Below are positions 45,713-56,199 of a stretch of DNA of 64,000 bases, in pieces. The stretch's first letter is position 1. The number at the start of each line of letters is the position of its first letter. The stretch is from a virus, in the IMG/VR virus record IMGVR_UViG_3300045988_153198; one strand, written 5' to 3'. The notes beneath the pieces are model-generated. The model made no database searches. It had not been told where the DNA came from and saw only the letters and a program-made list of their open reading frames with translations. The translations under genes and the position numbers were made by a program.

Positions 45713-46273
45713 TTAAATAAAAGAAATCAGGTCAATATCCAGATGCTTTTCAATTGCTTTAATTACAGACACATCAGAAACATCTCCGTTGATAACCAAA
45801 TCTTTAATCTTATTACAGATTGCAAATTTAAGTCCGTTAGGAGTAGCATCAATAGAAGCAATTATTTCATCAATTTTGTCTCTGGTGTAATTGGATTCAT
45901 CCATCAAATACTCATATTTTTCGTAAGTTCTTGTTAAACCAAACTGATTAATAATTCTATCATCCATTGGTTTTAACCAAAGATTTCTGAAATAACCTTT
46001 ATGATTTCTCCACATATTTTTGATTGTTTCAACAGTCATTAATTCTGAATGACCAACTTCATCCCATTCGTACATATCATTTGTACGATTATCTTTATAT
46101 GAAACATTTGAAATAAGAGACACAACTTCAATTTCATCTGAATCACGTAAAGGTTCTACCTTTTTTGTTTCTTTTGTGGTTGTTTTAACTTCATCTACTG
46201 AAGAATTGTCAGATGCCACCTTTGTAGCATCTGACTCAACAGTAGACTTAGTTGCAGCTTTAGTTCTTGGCAT
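45713..46273 (-). CDS. hypothetical protein (186 aa)
   Basis: AAAGGAG RBS. Preceded by 17-nt motif copy b. Confidence 0.45.
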   Translation of the reverse strand: MPRTKAATKSTVESDATKVASDNSSVDEVKTTTKETKKVEPLRDSDEIEVVSLISNVSYKDNRTNDMYEWDEVGHSELMTVETIKNMWRNHKGYFRNLWLKPMDDRIINQFGLTRTYEKYEYLMDESNYTRDKIDEIIASIDATPNGLKFAICNKIKDLVINGDVSDVSVIKAIEKHLDIDLISFI

Positions 46274-46300
46274 ACTAAATCTCCTTTCTTCTTACATATA

Positions 46301-46317
46301 GCGTATAACTTTAATAG
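46301..46317 (-). promoter_or_regulatory. conserved 17-nt motif, copy b (CTATTAAAGTTATACGC)
   Basis: Starts 3 nt after the capsid gene stop codon and 27 nt before the next start codon. Confidence 0.6.
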
Positions 46318-46320
46318 CTT

Positions 46321-47355
46321 TTAAGCAAATGTAAATACTCCAAAATACTGAGGAAGCATCAGACCAATACCCATAAGGGTCTGTAACTGAATATCAACAG
46401 TCATATCGTTGTATTTCTTTCCTGTGGTATCCATATCAGTACGAGTATCACCGATAAACTCTAATTTAATAGGTTTAACATCTCCACCCATAATAAACAG
46501 TTTACTATCATCAAGAGCAAGCTCAAATGTACCAGATTTAAGTGTCTGAGGGATAATCATTAACTTATTACCTTCCCAATCACCAATAGAACCTGTATTT
46601 GCTTTTGCTTCTTTCTGACTATCAGCAAACATTTTATCAGGAATAATACCAGCAAGCTTTCTTAATGCTCCTTTAGTACCAGCGATAGTTAATGAATCAT
46701 AACCACCAGCAGCCTGTACTAAATCACAAAGACTACCAACTGCTTCCTCACTGTTACCATTTTTAGAAAACTCAGTAGGAACTGCATTTGCTACATTCTG
46801 GAACTGTACATACAGTCTATCCTGAATATATTTATTGATAGATTTATAAATCTTATCTGTAAGCTTCTCAAGAGTAGTAATACCCAGTAAGAATCTCTCA
46901 AGCTCTTCGTAAACATGAATAAAAATCCACTCTTTTGGAAGTGTAATTTCTTCTCCAAGGTCTACAGCCTGTCTATTTGTATCCCAGTGATTTCCAGCAA
47001 AAGAAGCCACTGAAAGTAATCCACCTTCAGAATAAAATGCTGTTCTATCTCCAAGATAACGGTTTTTCATTTCAACGAAAGCATCAATAAAAGGAGAACT
47101 AAGTACATTCTCACTGATGGTTACGTTTGTAATTTCTTCAACAATTTCAAACATAACAATATTGTTACGTCTATAAGCCTGATAAAGTGATGCACCTTTC
47201 AGAATGTCATTGTTGATTTTATTTCTTAAATAATCCTCAAGGTCTTTACGACCAACCTTTTCTTTATCAACATGAAGAGCAAACTCACCTCTTGCTAAAT
47301 CAAGAGCAAGGTCATATACTTTTGTCTCTTCAGCACTAAAATTAGTTCTAGGCAT
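46321..47355 (-). CDS. major capsid protein candidate (344 aa)
   Basis: Size and position after the portal, protease/scaffold and small head genes. No motif-level identification. Confidence 0.5.
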   Translation of the reverse strand: MPRTNFSAEETKVYDLALDLARGEFALHVDKEKVGRKDLEDYLRNKINNDILKGASLYQAYRRNNIVMFEIVEEITNVTISENVLSSPFIDAFVEMKNRYLGDRTAFYSEGGLLSVASFAGNHWDTNRQAVDLGEEITLPKEWIFIHVYEELERFLLGITTLEKLTDKIYKSINKYIQDRLYVQFQNVANAVPTEFSKNGNSEEAVGSLCDLVQAAGGYDSLTIAGTKGALRKLAGIIPDKMFADSQKEAKANTGSIGDWEGNKLMIIPQTLKSGTFELALDDSKLFIMGGDVKPIKLEFIGDTRTDMDTTGKKYNDMTVDIQLQTLMGIGLMLPQYFGVFTFA

Positions 47356-47379
47356 ATTATTGTTCCTCCTTCATCAAAA

Positions 47380-47922
47380 TTAAGCTAATGTTTTTACTTT
47401 AGCTTCGTAAATTGTTCTGGAATATCCATAGTTATGAGCAGCAGTAGCAATAGTACCACCTGTGATACGTTTTCTCTCTACAGTTGCTTCCATGATTGCA
47501 GATGCAGTTGTAGTTTCAGAAGCTACTAACTTACCTGTCGTATCAATTGTTAAGAAAGCTTTTTCTTTAAGCTTCTCTCTAGTTTCAGCAGTAATTCCCT
47601 CTGCTGTAATACCAAACTCATCGTTCTTCTTAACAACACGTACTCTGAAAGGAACACCAGCTTCATTAATAAACTTATCCTTTCTCTGATTTGTAATACG
47701 ACAAGTATCAGCATCCCATGCTGGCTGGTCTACAACAACAACAGGTTCGCCCTCTTTAGTACCAGCTACAAATTTGTAAATATTACTTTCACCATCTGCG
47801 AGTCCATCCAAATAACCAAAAGTACCATTCTCTACATCAGTTGTTGCAACTGCATCAAAAATTCTTTCTGCGTAGTGAGTAGAACCCATATTTGTTGACT
47901 CAAATACTGTATAAATAGCCAT
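47380..47922 (-). CDS. head protein in the scaffold/decoration position (180 aa)
   Basis: AAGGAGGT lies 8 nt before ATG 47922. The track start at 47928 is a TTG. Confidence 0.35.
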   Translation of the reverse strand: MAIYTVFESTNMGSTHYAERIFDAVATTDVENGTFGYLDGLADGESNIYKFVAGTKEGEPVVVVDQPAWDADTCRITNQRKDKFINEAGVPFRVRVVKKNDEFGITAEGITAETREKLKEKAFLTIDTTGKLVASETTTASAIMEATVERKRITGGTIATAAHNYGYSRTIYEAKVKTLA

Positions 47923-47942
47923 ATTCAATTACCTCCTTGATT

Positions 47943-49433
47943 TTATCGTCTACTTACAGGGATATTTCCATATTTTGTAGAAACATATCCTTCGTCACCA
48001 GTTGTATCATCCATAACACCAACAGTTAAGCCCTGTGAGTTAGACTTTGTGTAATTTGTCTGTGCAAGATTTTTTCTTGCATATAAGATTGCACATTTTC
48101 CTTCAATATCCTCTAAAGACATATCTGCCTTTGAGGTTTTCAGAGATTCAAATTCTGTATCTCCAGAAAGAGCTGCTTCATAACGTGCAAATTCCGCATC
48201 TTTCTTTTTGTCAATTTCATCGTCAATTCTAGCCTGTTCTGCACGAACAAATTCATCATACTTAGGCTTTAATTCATCATAATCAGCTTTTACCTGACTA
48301 TAATTTGTCTCTGCTTCAGCTTTTGCTGTCTCAGCAGTTGTTACCTTTGCTTCCGCATCTGTAACTTTTGAGTATGCAACATTCTCAATTTCAGAAATGT
48401 GTGTTCCAAAATCAAAGCTTCCTTCTGGAGCAACTTCTCCTTCTTCGTAGTTGACATACTGTGTTTTCTTTCTATTTCCTTTGGTAAAGTCAATTGTTGC
48501 CTTATCACCACTCATAGTGAATGGAAAACCATAAAACTGATAATTATTTACTCTATCAACAACAATTACTTCGTTATCCTGAATATCTCTGAGGTAATAG
48601 CGAGGTACTTCATCCCCCCATCTATCCTTCATAGTCTCAGCCTGACGAACCATAGTGGAAATATCTGCAAACTGTTCCATAACAGTCTGTGTGAAGTCTG
48701 TATTTGGCATAGTTCCAATACCTCCTTTAGTATTTTTCTCATTCACCAATTTGGTGAAAGTTGTAAATTTATCGTTTAATTCACTCTGGATATTCTTAAC
48801 AAAATCACTAATAGTGAATTGAACTTCAACAGTTGAATTAATCATTGCTGGCTCATAATCTTTTCCTAAAATACAAGCAGCTCTGAATGAAAATTTGGTA
48901 AAATGAAAAATTCCATTTTCGTCCTCATAGCCCTCTACAGATGAACCATCATCCCACAATTCCATTGATTGTGATTTAATCAAATCTCTATTGATAATGT
49001 TTGAGCTATCTTCGAACATATTCCAAACTAATCCATCAACAACTAAAAATGTTCGTGTTTCTCCATCATCACAAAGCCTTTCTTCATAATGAGCGTTGTT
49101 ATCCGCACCAGAAGTAATTACACCATATGCAACACCCTGATATTTTCTACGAACACCTTTTTCATCTTTTGTGATAATATATCTATGGTCAGAACAGTCC
49201 TGTTCTCCAGAACGATTGTTTTCAATAAACGCTACAATAGGAATATATCCCAATGTAGGTAACGCATCATCAACAACTGATTTTTCAAAAACACTTCCGT
49301 TATAATTCTGACCAAGATGCATTAACCAAATTTTTACTTTTGTAAATCGACAATCTGAATTTTCAATTTCCTCAGTTTTTTGAAACATGACAGGAAAGGA
49401 TAATACAGATTTTTTAATTTTTGAATCAGCCAT
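47943..49433 (-). CDS. prohead protease/scaffold-like protein (496 aa)
   Basis: N-terminal region resembles XkdF-type phage proteases (FPVMFQK...KIWLMHLGQNYNGSVF...LGYIPIV). C-terminal Ala/Glu/Lys coiled coil. Lies immediately after the portal gene. Confidence 0.4.
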   Translation of the reverse strand: MADSKIKKSVLSFPVMFQKTEEIENSDCRFTKVKIWLMHLGQNYNGSVFEKSVVDDALPTLGYIPIVAFIENNRSGEQDCSDHRYIITKDEKGVRRKYQGVAYGVITSGADNNAHYEERLCDDGETRTFLVVDGLVWNMFEDSSNIINRDLIKSQSMELWDDGSSVEGYEDENGIFHFTKFSFRAACILGKDYEPAMINSTVEVQFTISDFVKNIQSELNDKFTTFTKLVNEKNTKGGIGTMPNTDFTQTVMEQFADISTMVRQAETMKDRWGDEVPRYYLRDIQDNEVIVVDRVNNYQFYGFPFTMSGDKATIDFTKGNRKKTQYVNYEEGEVAPEGSFDFGTHISEIENVAYSKVTDAEAKVTTAETAKAEAETNYSQVKADYDELKPKYDEFVRAEQARIDDEIDKKKDAEFARYEAALSGDTEFESLKTSKADMSLEDIEGKCAILYARKNLAQTNYTKSNSQGLTVGVMDDTTGDEGYVSTKYGNIPVSRR

Positions 49434-49441
49434 ATATCCTC

Positions 49442-50995
49442 CTACCTATCTTTATTGCTATCACGATTTTTAGTTACTTCTCCGCTAACATCCAAAGTTT
49501 TCCCTTGAGATTCATTAGTAGGTCTACCAGCTTCTCCACCATTATATGAAGAGGAGAGAGGGATAAAATTATTGTAAAAATCAAAAATATCTTGGTGAAT
49601 AATTTTTGCCCCCAAAGTTCTTGAAGGAGTCATATCTAAAGTAGCAAGCCATTTATCAATGACATTCGCACCAAGAGTACAAGCTTCTTTATATCTTTTT
49701 GATACATTATCACGATTAAATATCGTTATATCTAAAAGATAAAAATAGAACTTAAATGTTGACTTATTATATTTTCTCAGTTTGATATATCTGTTCATCC
49801 ATCGTTCAAACTGACGATATAATCCATAAATGAATCCAGAATCATTTTCCACAGAAAATGTAACCGCTGTACCAGAAGAAGAACCATTAAATAGTTCTTT
49901 TGTTTCTCCAGATGCATTGTATATTTCATCAATAGCATCTGAAACATTGTTTCTGGTATTGCTTGAGTCTTTAAAACTAATTGCTTCCCCATCAGAACCA
50001 AGGGTATGAATTAAACCAATATCATCACTCATACTTTCTCTGTTGATTTCCGCAAAAATTCCAAGAGTGTCTGGGGTTAATAATGGTTTGTCAACCGTTG
50101 TTTCATCAATTGGAACTTTAACCATAATTGCCTTATAGTTATCAGTTCTTGCAGATTGCAATTTGAGTTTTTTATAAACATCTAAATCTAAAATATCCCT
50201 AACCAATCCAATAAGAAGAGGGTAGGGATATGTCCACTGACTATTCAATTTTACACAAATCTGCCTGTCTGCTGGTGGATAATACCAATTGCTACTCAAC
50301 TTTCCATCCTGAAAATCAAGATAAGCCTTTTGAACGTAATCAGGATAAGCTGACAACTTCTGAGGTTGAATAGCAGAAAGATTAATAATAAAATTATATA
50401 ATCCATCTTGAACCTCATATAATCGACATATTTTATAATTTATTTGTTGAATAAAAAAATCAGTTTGATTTTCAACAAGTAAACCACAATATATATCTTG
50501 ATAAGGAATTACCTTCATAATTTTAGCAAATTCATGTTTTAGATTCATTGTTTCAAGCTTTGCAGCCAAATTTCCATATAGTTTTTTTATAGTAGTGATA
50601 TTGGCATTTTCCTTGACATCATATAAATCAATCCACCAACAAAATAATGCCATATTACTATAAAGACTATTTAAACGAAAATAATGTGGAGAAATATGCA
50701 TAAGTTCTTCAGAAATAGCCAATAAGATTCTCCAACCCTGTTTAGGGTATTTTAGAGCCAATTCAGCATCTTCCAATTTTACTTCACCAATATAGCCTGT
50801 TTCTATAATATGTGAATTTGTACACAAATCTCTTAACATCAAACGCTGAAAAGCACTCCAATTTATCTTTCCATTTTTCTCGCTTTTAGAAAACTCACGT
50901 TCATCTTTTTCATAGTCTGCTTTTGAATACACAGGAACATAAGCATATTTTTTCTGAGAATTTTGAGACTTGTTTCTGTTTCGTTTTCTACTCAT
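49442..50995 (-). CDS. portal protein candidate (517 aa)
   Basis: Directly downstream of the large terminase, with an appropriate size. Confidence 0.55.
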   Translation of the reverse strand: MSRKRNRNKSQNSQKKYAYVPVYSKADYEKDEREFSKSEKNGKINWSAFQRLMLRDLCTNSHIIETGYIGEVKLEDAELALKYPKQGWRILLAISEELMHISPHYFRLNSLYSNMALFCWWIDLYDVKENANITTIKKLYGNLAAKLETMNLKHEFAKIMKVIPYQDIYCGLLVENQTDFFIQQINYKICRLYEVQDGLYNFIINLSAIQPQKLSAYPDYVQKAYLDFQDGKLSSNWYYPPADRQICVKLNSQWTYPYPLLIGLVRDILDLDVYKKLKLQSARTDNYKAIMVKVPIDETTVDKPLLTPDTLGIFAEINRESMSDDIGLIHTLGSDGEAISFKDSSNTRNNVSDAIDEIYNASGETKELFNGSSSGTAVTFSVENDSGFIYGLYRQFERWMNRYIKLRKYNKSTFKFYFYLLDITIFNRDNVSKRYKEACTLGANVIDKWLATLDMTPSRTLGAKIIHQDIFDFYNNFIPLSSSYNGGEAGRPTNESQGKTLDVSGEVTKNRDSNKDR

Positions 50996-51011
50996 GCATA
51001 TCTCACCTCCT

Positions 51012-52793
51012 TTAATAAGCTCTAGGCTTTTTATTTAATTTCCGTAATTTACTAGCATATTCTTCGGCATTAAATCCACTCTTAGGTTTCCTCAACATCT
51101 CTCTTTCAAGTTGACATTGAACCCAATAGTTATATGCCAAAGAACTATATCTATCCTTACGCATACCGCTTTTTTCTGTGATTTTAATATTTGTTCCCTT
51201 GATTTCATGTTCCAGATTGATTAACTCATATACAAGAAGAGTAGTCTGAACATAAGGCATTTTATATTGCATTTGTTCATAAGGAAGCATTTTATTAAAT
51301 CCTTTAATTCTATCTTTCAAAATCTCTTCAGATTCAAATTCAGAAACCAAAAGATTTATTTTTCCTAATTGGAAACCACTTCTTAATAAAATACAAGCTT
51401 CATTATTAAAGTTGGCATTAGCTTTTATAGACCAAATAACTTTTGGAGCATTTTCAACTTTACATCTTTCTGCCATGAGCTTGTCGTTACAACAAGATAA
51501 TGCTGGATACAGCTCACCTGTTTCATGGTCTAACATATCTTGAACAAGAGCATCGTATACACCAAGACCAACACCGTTTGTATCAATAACTAAATCAGTA
51601 CATTTATATTGATGATATAATCTTCGAACTATCAACGCTAATTCATCAGTTGTTAAACCTTCATGATTTTCAAGGAATACAATATTTGACAAATAATTAT
51701 TGTTACTTGTTGGAATGGCACTATTGATAATAATAGAGCTGGCATCATTTTTGTTTTTCTTTGATGCCATTAACGCAACGTCAACTGATAATATTCGTCT
51801 TTCATTTGGAAGTAATTCAGGAATTTTTAACAATCTACTATTACCAGTTATACTTGGTGGGTATATAGCAGTTTGTAATTTCCTACGTTGAGTAATATCA
51901 TCAAATGTAAAGAAAGCACCATCTGTATCTCCATACCATAAACATTCCATTTCCATAGAAAACTTTGTCTCATCAAAATCGCTTTCGGACATTTCATCTT
52001 CAATCTGTTCTCTTGAGAGCAAACCTTCCATAATAGAAATTTGGTATGGTAGTCCACAAATAAAATATTTTTTCTTATCATCTAATGTATTAACTACATA
52101 TGCTTTTGCTTTTTCGAAACTCCAATGACTTTTATACCATGCAGAACTCATATAGATTTCTTTGTTTCGCTCAAGCAAATGAGCATACTTAGGATTGTTT
52201 AAATAATTTGGCTGTCTAGGTGCAGTTAAGAATCTTTTTAAAACTGTATTAATAGTATCCAAATCAACCATTCGGAACTCATCAATAATCAGAATATTTG
52301 CACGATTACCACGACCACTATCAGCAGCAGTAACAACCTTTATCCAAGAACCATTCTTAAACTCAATAACAGCTTTATTGTTACCAACAACACTGTACGA
52401 AATTTCGTTCTTTAAATTTTCAGACCCCCATCCATAGTTTTTCATAAAATCATCTGTGATTTTAGACAAAACTTCATTTGCCTGTGGTCTGGTTGCAGAA
52501 GCTATACATATTTTAGTCTTAGGGAATAAAATACATCGGACGATACAAAATAGGGCGGTAAGCCACGTTTTTCCTTGTCCTCTGGCAGCTACATACATAA
52601 AATAGTTGTTACGCATCATTTCAAAAAGCAATATCTTTTGAAATAATTTTAAATTTATATTCAAATAATCCTTTACAAATCTTTGAGGATTACACCTGTA
52701 AAATGAAGCCCAAATTGCAATTCCTTCCATTAAACGCTGGGCTTTTTCTTTTATAATCTGTTTTTCAGATTTTTTTCGGGATGTTTCTGCCAT
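51012..52793 (-). CDS. terL: terminase large subunit (593 aa)
   Basis: Walker A-like AARGQGKTW, Walker B NILIIDEF, and a C-terminal nuclease-type SVDVALMASKKNKNDAS. Confidence 0.75.
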   Translation of the reverse strand: MAETSRKKSEKQIIKEKAQRLMEGIAIWASFYRCNPQRFVKDYLNINLKLFQKILLFEMMRNNYFMYVAARGQGKTWLTALFCIVRCILFPKTKICIASATRPQANEVLSKITDDFMKNYGWGSENLKNEISYSVVGNNKAVIEFKNGSWIKVVTAADSGRGNRANILIIDEFRMVDLDTINTVLKRFLTAPRQPNYLNNPKYAHLLERNKEIYMSSAWYKSHWSFEKAKAYVVNTLDDKKKYFICGLPYQISIMEGLLSREQIEDEMSESDFDETKFSMEMECLWYGDTDGAFFTFDDITQRRKLQTAIYPPSITGNSRLLKIPELLPNERRILSVDVALMASKKNKNDASSIIINSAIPTSNNNYLSNIVFLENHEGLTTDELALIVRRLYHQYKCTDLVIDTNGVGLGVYDALVQDMLDHETGELYPALSCCNDKLMAERCKVENAPKVIWSIKANANFNNEACILLRSGFQLGKINLLVSEFESEEILKDRIKGFNKMLPYEQMQYKMPYVQTTLLVYELINLEHEIKGTNIKITEKSGMRKDRYSSLAYNYWVQCQLEREMLRKPKSGFNAEEYASKLRKLNKKPRAY

Positions 52794-52807
52794 ATAAGCA
52801 ACACCCC

Positions 52808-53800
52808 CTATTCAGAATCATGATTGCCAAAAATTGCATCAAAAATAACTTCTGAACTATCATCACTATCATATTCGGGTTTATTAACCGTATATTTTTT
52901 GATGAATTTTGTATATAAATTGGAAAATGCATTTTTAATTCCCATCATCTTAGAAAGATGCCCTCTAAAAAATACATCCATATAGAGTCCGATTTTATCA
53001 ACATCTTGTAGTTGTTCATCTATCTCTGGAAGAGGACGAGTATTTTCCCATTTATCAATCAAAGTACCAAATGTTTGAGCGTCAGACATTGTATCTGAAG
53101 AATTTTGTTTTGGTTGCAATTTTGCTGTATCCAACAGTTTTCTAAATGTCTCTGTCAAATCCTTGGTATCCTGTTTTGCTTTAGTTGCTTTTAAAAGTTC
53201 AAGCTGAGTAAAACATATTTGTTTAAAAACCTCTTCTTGAGCTTTTGTATTACACTCATGTCGAGTAGTCCAATCATCATATTGCTCTTGAAGAAATTCA
53301 TAATCTTCATCTGGAAATCCTTCTCCCCAAAATCTTCGGGTTTTCTTATTGATTCTTGAACCAGTCTTTTTATACGAACTATCATCATCTGCATTACTCT
53401 TTTCGTAATCAAATAGAGTAGTATCATAATTCTTTTTTCGATATTGTCGTAAATTTACCAACTGAAAATAGGAAGAAACCAATGATTGATTAGGCTGATT
53501 CTGAGAATTTCTATTTGCAGTATCAAAAATAGCATCACTATAATAAATGTTTAATCCCATGCATAAACGCTTGATGGCTTTCTGCTCTGGGAAATCACAA
53601 CCTTCTGAAGCATATTTCTCAACATAATGCGTATAAATTTCATTTATACAATTTTTACAATATGGTATTTTTCCAGAACCCTGAAAAAACACACTATTAG
53701 AATCATAAAATTCAGTTTCTTCATAATCTGTTTTACAATTACAACATTGAAGTGTCGTAACCGTAGGTTTTTTGCTCATTGCTTTTGAAGGTCTACCCAT
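52808..53800 (-). CDS. possible terminase small subunit / zinc-ribbon DNA-binding protein (330 aa)
   Basis: AAGGTGG lies 7 nt before ATG 53800 (MGRPSKAMSKK...). Contains CCNCK...CKNC. Position is upstream of terL. Confidence 0.35.
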   Translation of the reverse strand: MGRPSKAMSKKPTVTTLQCCNCKTDYEETEFYDSNSVFFQGSGKIPYCKNCINEIYTHYVEKYASEGCDFPEQKAIKRLCMGLNIYYSDAIFDTANRNSQNQPNQSLVSSYFQLVNLRQYRKKNYDTTLFDYEKSNADDDSSYKKTGSRINKKTRRFWGEGFPDEDYEFLQEQYDDWTTRHECNTKAQEEVFKQICFTQLELLKATKAKQDTKDLTETFRKLLDTAKLQPKQNSSDTMSDAQTFGTLIDKWENTRPLPEIDEQLQDVDKIGLYMDVFFRGHLSKMMGIKNAFSNLYTKFIKKYTVNKPEYDSDDSSEVIFDAIFGNHDSE

Positions 53801-53849
53801 TACGACACCACCTTTCCATAAAAATAAGAGTGAATATAAAAATTCACTC

Positions 53850-55193
53850 TTACTCAAAATTTGTCATTATAATATTTTTTAGACCTTTATTTTTATCCCA
53901 AATAAAACACTGACACTTTTTAACTGCACCAACATAACCACTATTATGATGCCAAGCATCTGTTCCTGTAAAAGAAGATAAATTTCTAATAATGATTCCA
54001 TTTACCTCTCTTACGTGTTCACTATGTAAATGCCCCATATGTATTTCATGAAACTTAGTCCTTCCCCAAGCTTCTCTGGCTTCAATCTGCATTAATCCTT
54101 CAATACGTTTCTTTTCTTTATCACCATGAGTAAATCCAATAAGATTATTTCCGTATTCAATATACTTTCTAGGCGATGTATCTGTATTAACAATTACATT
54201 TCCATTATTATGGAAGAAACATTGTAAAGAACAGATTGCATGATACGAAGAAAGAAAATCATGGTTTCCATTTATACAAAACACTTCAACTGGAGCAAGT
54301 TGAGATAATTTAAGAATATTTTCAATTAAACATTCCAACCCATATTTGAAAATTAATTGTGGACTTAAATCTGTATCCTGTCTTGTGCCAGCAGTAGTAG
54401 TACAATTTACATTATCTACATGAAAGAAATCAGAACCAACAGGAAAAATAATTTTTTCAAATTTCATTCCTGAAACATTTGATATAATATTATCAACAAC
54501 AGAATTTACACATTCTTTTGCCAAATTATAATTATATGGTTCTGCAACATCTTCAGACATACTTAATTTTCCAAAATGCACATCTTCTATAGGTACTTCT
54601 AGCATTAATTCACTCTGAGAAGGTTTTAAAGCCTTAACAATAGGAGAGGTGTATTTATTCACCAACTCACTATAAAATGCATCTATCTGCTCCAGAGTTA
54701 AATCTACTATAGGTTTCACCGTAATAAAACTTGCATACAAAGTAACAATACCATCTTGTTTGCTAATTACTTGGCGAATATTATTTCTTGCACTAACAAT
54801 TTTCCAACAAGCAGTATCAAAACCATGTGCCTTTAAAATGAATGAAGGGTCTTTTGAATCTTCCTCATTCATAATCAAAAGCTTGTTAGATGAATATGTA
54901 CCATCTTTATTAATAGATGTTTCAGAATTAAAATTCTTTTGCATTTTTGCAATAGCATCATCATCTGATGTATCTTCTTTTTGATTGAAATATTCTGCAA
55001 CAAAAGCACCACCGAAAATTGTTCCATTTGCTTTTCGAAGCGTATCTGCTGAAATCTGCAAGTTATACTTATTACAAATTTCTTGCCAATCAATATCATT
55101 GATATTGTTTTTTTTATCAATAATTAACTGGACACACTCTTCATACTGCTCAGAGGTTAATCCAAGTTTAGATATTTCATCTGTTAGATTCAT
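53850..55193 (-). CDS. calcineurin-like metallophosphoesterase (447 aa)
   Basis: Motifs VGSDFFHVDN, INGNHDF, GFTHGDKE and HMGHLHSEH. Confidence 0.6.
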   Translation of the reverse strand: MNLTDEISKLGLTSEQYEECVQLIIDKKNNINDIDWQEICNKYNLQISADTLRKANGTIFGGAFVAEYFNQKEDTSDDDAIAKMQKNFNSETSINKDGTYSSNKLLIMNEEDSKDPSFILKAHGFDTACWKIVSARNNIRQVISKQDGIVTLYASFITVKPIVDLTLEQIDAFYSELVNKYTSPIVKALKPSQSELMLEVPIEDVHFGKLSMSEDVAEPYNYNLAKECVNSVVDNIISNVSGMKFEKIIFPVGSDFFHVDNVNCTTTAGTRQDTDLSPQLIFKYGLECLIENILKLSQLAPVEVFCINGNHDFLSSYHAICSLQCFFHNNGNVIVNTDTSPRKYIEYGNNLIGFTHGDKEKKRIEGLMQIEAREAWGRTKFHEIHMGHLHSEHVREVNGIIIRNLSSFTGTDAWHHNSGYVGAVKKCQCFIWDKNKGLKNIIMTNFE

Positions 55194-55226
55194 TTTCTCA
55201 GTCCTTTCATTGCATAATTTTAATAG

Positions 55227-55316
55227 CGGAAGCGAAGGGATTCGAACCCCTATGCCGATTCACACCGACCTATCTGTTTTCAGGACAGACCTCTTCACCA
55301 GTTTGAGTACACTTCC
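55227..55316 (-). tRNA. tRNA-Ser: tRNA-Ser(UGA), class II
   Basis: Acceptor GGAAGTG/CGCTTCC, anticodon stem TCTGT/ACAGA, loop CCUGAAA (C rather than U at position 33), long variable arm, T-loop GGTTCGAATCC. Confidence 0.7.
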
Positions 55317-55321
55317 ATAAA

Positions 55322-55396
55322 CATCCGTATTCGGATTCGAACCGAAAACAACCGCTTTAGAAGAGCGATGCTCTAATTCCATTGAGCTATACGGAT
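55322..55396 (-). tRNA. tRNA-Arg: tRNA-Arg(UCU)
   Basis: Acceptor ATCCGTA/TACGGAT, D arm GCTC..GAGC, anticodon loop CUUCUAA. Confidence 0.8.
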
Positions 55397-55399
55397 ACA

Positions 55400-55471
55400 A
55401 GCATTATATGGGAATCGAACCCATATCGTCTGATTGGAAATCAGAAATCATAGCCTTTAGACCAATAATGC
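55400..55471 (-). tRNA. tRNA-Gly: tRNA-Gly(UCC)
   Basis: Acceptor GCATTAT/ATAATGC, anticodon stem TCTGA/TCAGA, loop UUUCCAA. Confidence 0.8.
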
Positions 55472-55474
55472 ATA

Positions 55475-55546
55475 AGCTCCCACACAGATTCGAACTGTGA
55501 CTAATTGATTACAAGTCAAACGTGCTACCATTATCACTATAGGAGC
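55475..55546 (-). tRNA. tRNA-Thr: tRNA-Thr(UGU)
   Basis: Acceptor GCTCCTA/TGGGAGC, anticodon loop CUUGUAA, T arm CACAG-TTCGAAT-CTGTG. Confidence 0.75.
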
Positions 55547-55551
55547 AATAG

Positions 55552-55623
55552 TGGATGTGAAAGGACTTGAACCTTCGATATACTGGTTAAAAGCCAGTTG
55601 CCATACCGCTTGGCTACACATCC
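55552..55623 (-). tRNA. tRNA-Lys: tRNA-Lys(UUU)
   Basis: Acceptor GGATGTG/CACATCC, anticodon stem ACTGG/CCAGT, loop CUUUUAA. Confidence 0.8.
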
Positions 55624-55627
55624 AAAA

Positions 55628-55700
55628 TGGAACTGGTGGGATTTGAACCCACAACCTTCTGCTTGCAAAGCAGTTATTCTCCCATTAGAACTACAATCCC
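55628..55700 (-). tRNA. tRNA-Ala: tRNA-Ala(UGC)
   Basis: Acceptor GGGATTG/CAGTTCC with a G3:U70 wobble (the Ala identity pair). Anticodon loop UUUGCAA. Confidence 0.8.
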
Positions 55701-55703
55701 ATA

Positions 55704-55786
55704 CGGAAAGCATTAGAATCGAACTAAATACCTTTCGGTACGCACTGTTTAGCAGACAGGCTCTATACCATATAGATTTACTCTCC
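55704..55786 (-). tRNA. tRNA-Ser: tRNA-Ser(GCU), class II
   Basis: Acceptor GGAGAGT/GCTTTCC, anticodon loop CUGCUAA, long variable arm GTGCGTACCGAAAGGTAT. Confidence 0.7.
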
Positions 55787-55790
55787 AAAA

Positions 55791-55862
55791 GGTGTATTGA
55801 AGGAATTGAACCCTCAACCATAGAATCACAATCTAGCGTTTTACCATTAAACTAAATACACC
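55791..55862 (-). tRNA. tRNA-His: tRNA-His(GUG) with encoded G-1
   Basis: An extra 5' G pairs with C73. Acceptor GTGTATT/AATACAC, D stem GTTT/AAAC, anticodon loop UUGUGAU. Confidence 0.8.
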
Positions 55863-55866
55863 ATAA

Positions 55867-55939
55867 TGACTTCGGAGGGAATCGAACCCATCAATCCCAC
55901 CTTGAAAGAGTGGTGTCTTAACCATTTGACCACGAAGCC
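55867..55939 (-). tRNA. tRNA-Glu: tRNA-Glu(UUC)
   Basis: Acceptor GGCTTCG/CGAAGTC, anticodon loop CUUUCAA. Confidence 0.8.
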
Positions 55940-56014
55940 ATAATTAAGGTCATTGCCTACCTTAATGCAGTAGGTTTTCATCTGCTATAACTCCGCAAAG
56001 TTATACCATTATTA

Positions 56015-56087
56015 ATGCGGAAGTGAGATTCGAACTCACGACACCCAGCTTATGAGACTGGTAAGCTAACCGCTGCTTTATTCCGCA
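56015..56087 (-). tRNA. tRNA-Met: tRNA with CAU anticodon (Met, or Ile if lysidine-modified)
   Basis: Acceptor TGCGGAA/TTCCGCA, D arm AAGC..GCTT, anticodon stem CCAGT/GCTGG, loop CUCAUAA. Confidence 0.75.
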
Positions 56088-56095
56088 ATAGAAAT

Positions 56096-56164
56096 AGAAT
56101 GTGTCAGATTTGAACTGCTCCCCATGACCCCAAATCACGTATGCTACCATTACACCACACACTC
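56096..56164 (-). tRNA. tRNA-Pro: tRNA-Pro(UGG)-like, short with a weak T stem
   Basis: Acceptor GAGTGTG/CACATTC, anticodon stem CGTGA/TCATG, loop UUUGGGG (G37). Only 69 nt, and I can pair just 3 bp of the T stem. Confidence 0.5.
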
Positions 56165-56199
56165 TAAAATAAAGGTTCTCATTATGTAGAGAAGCACAA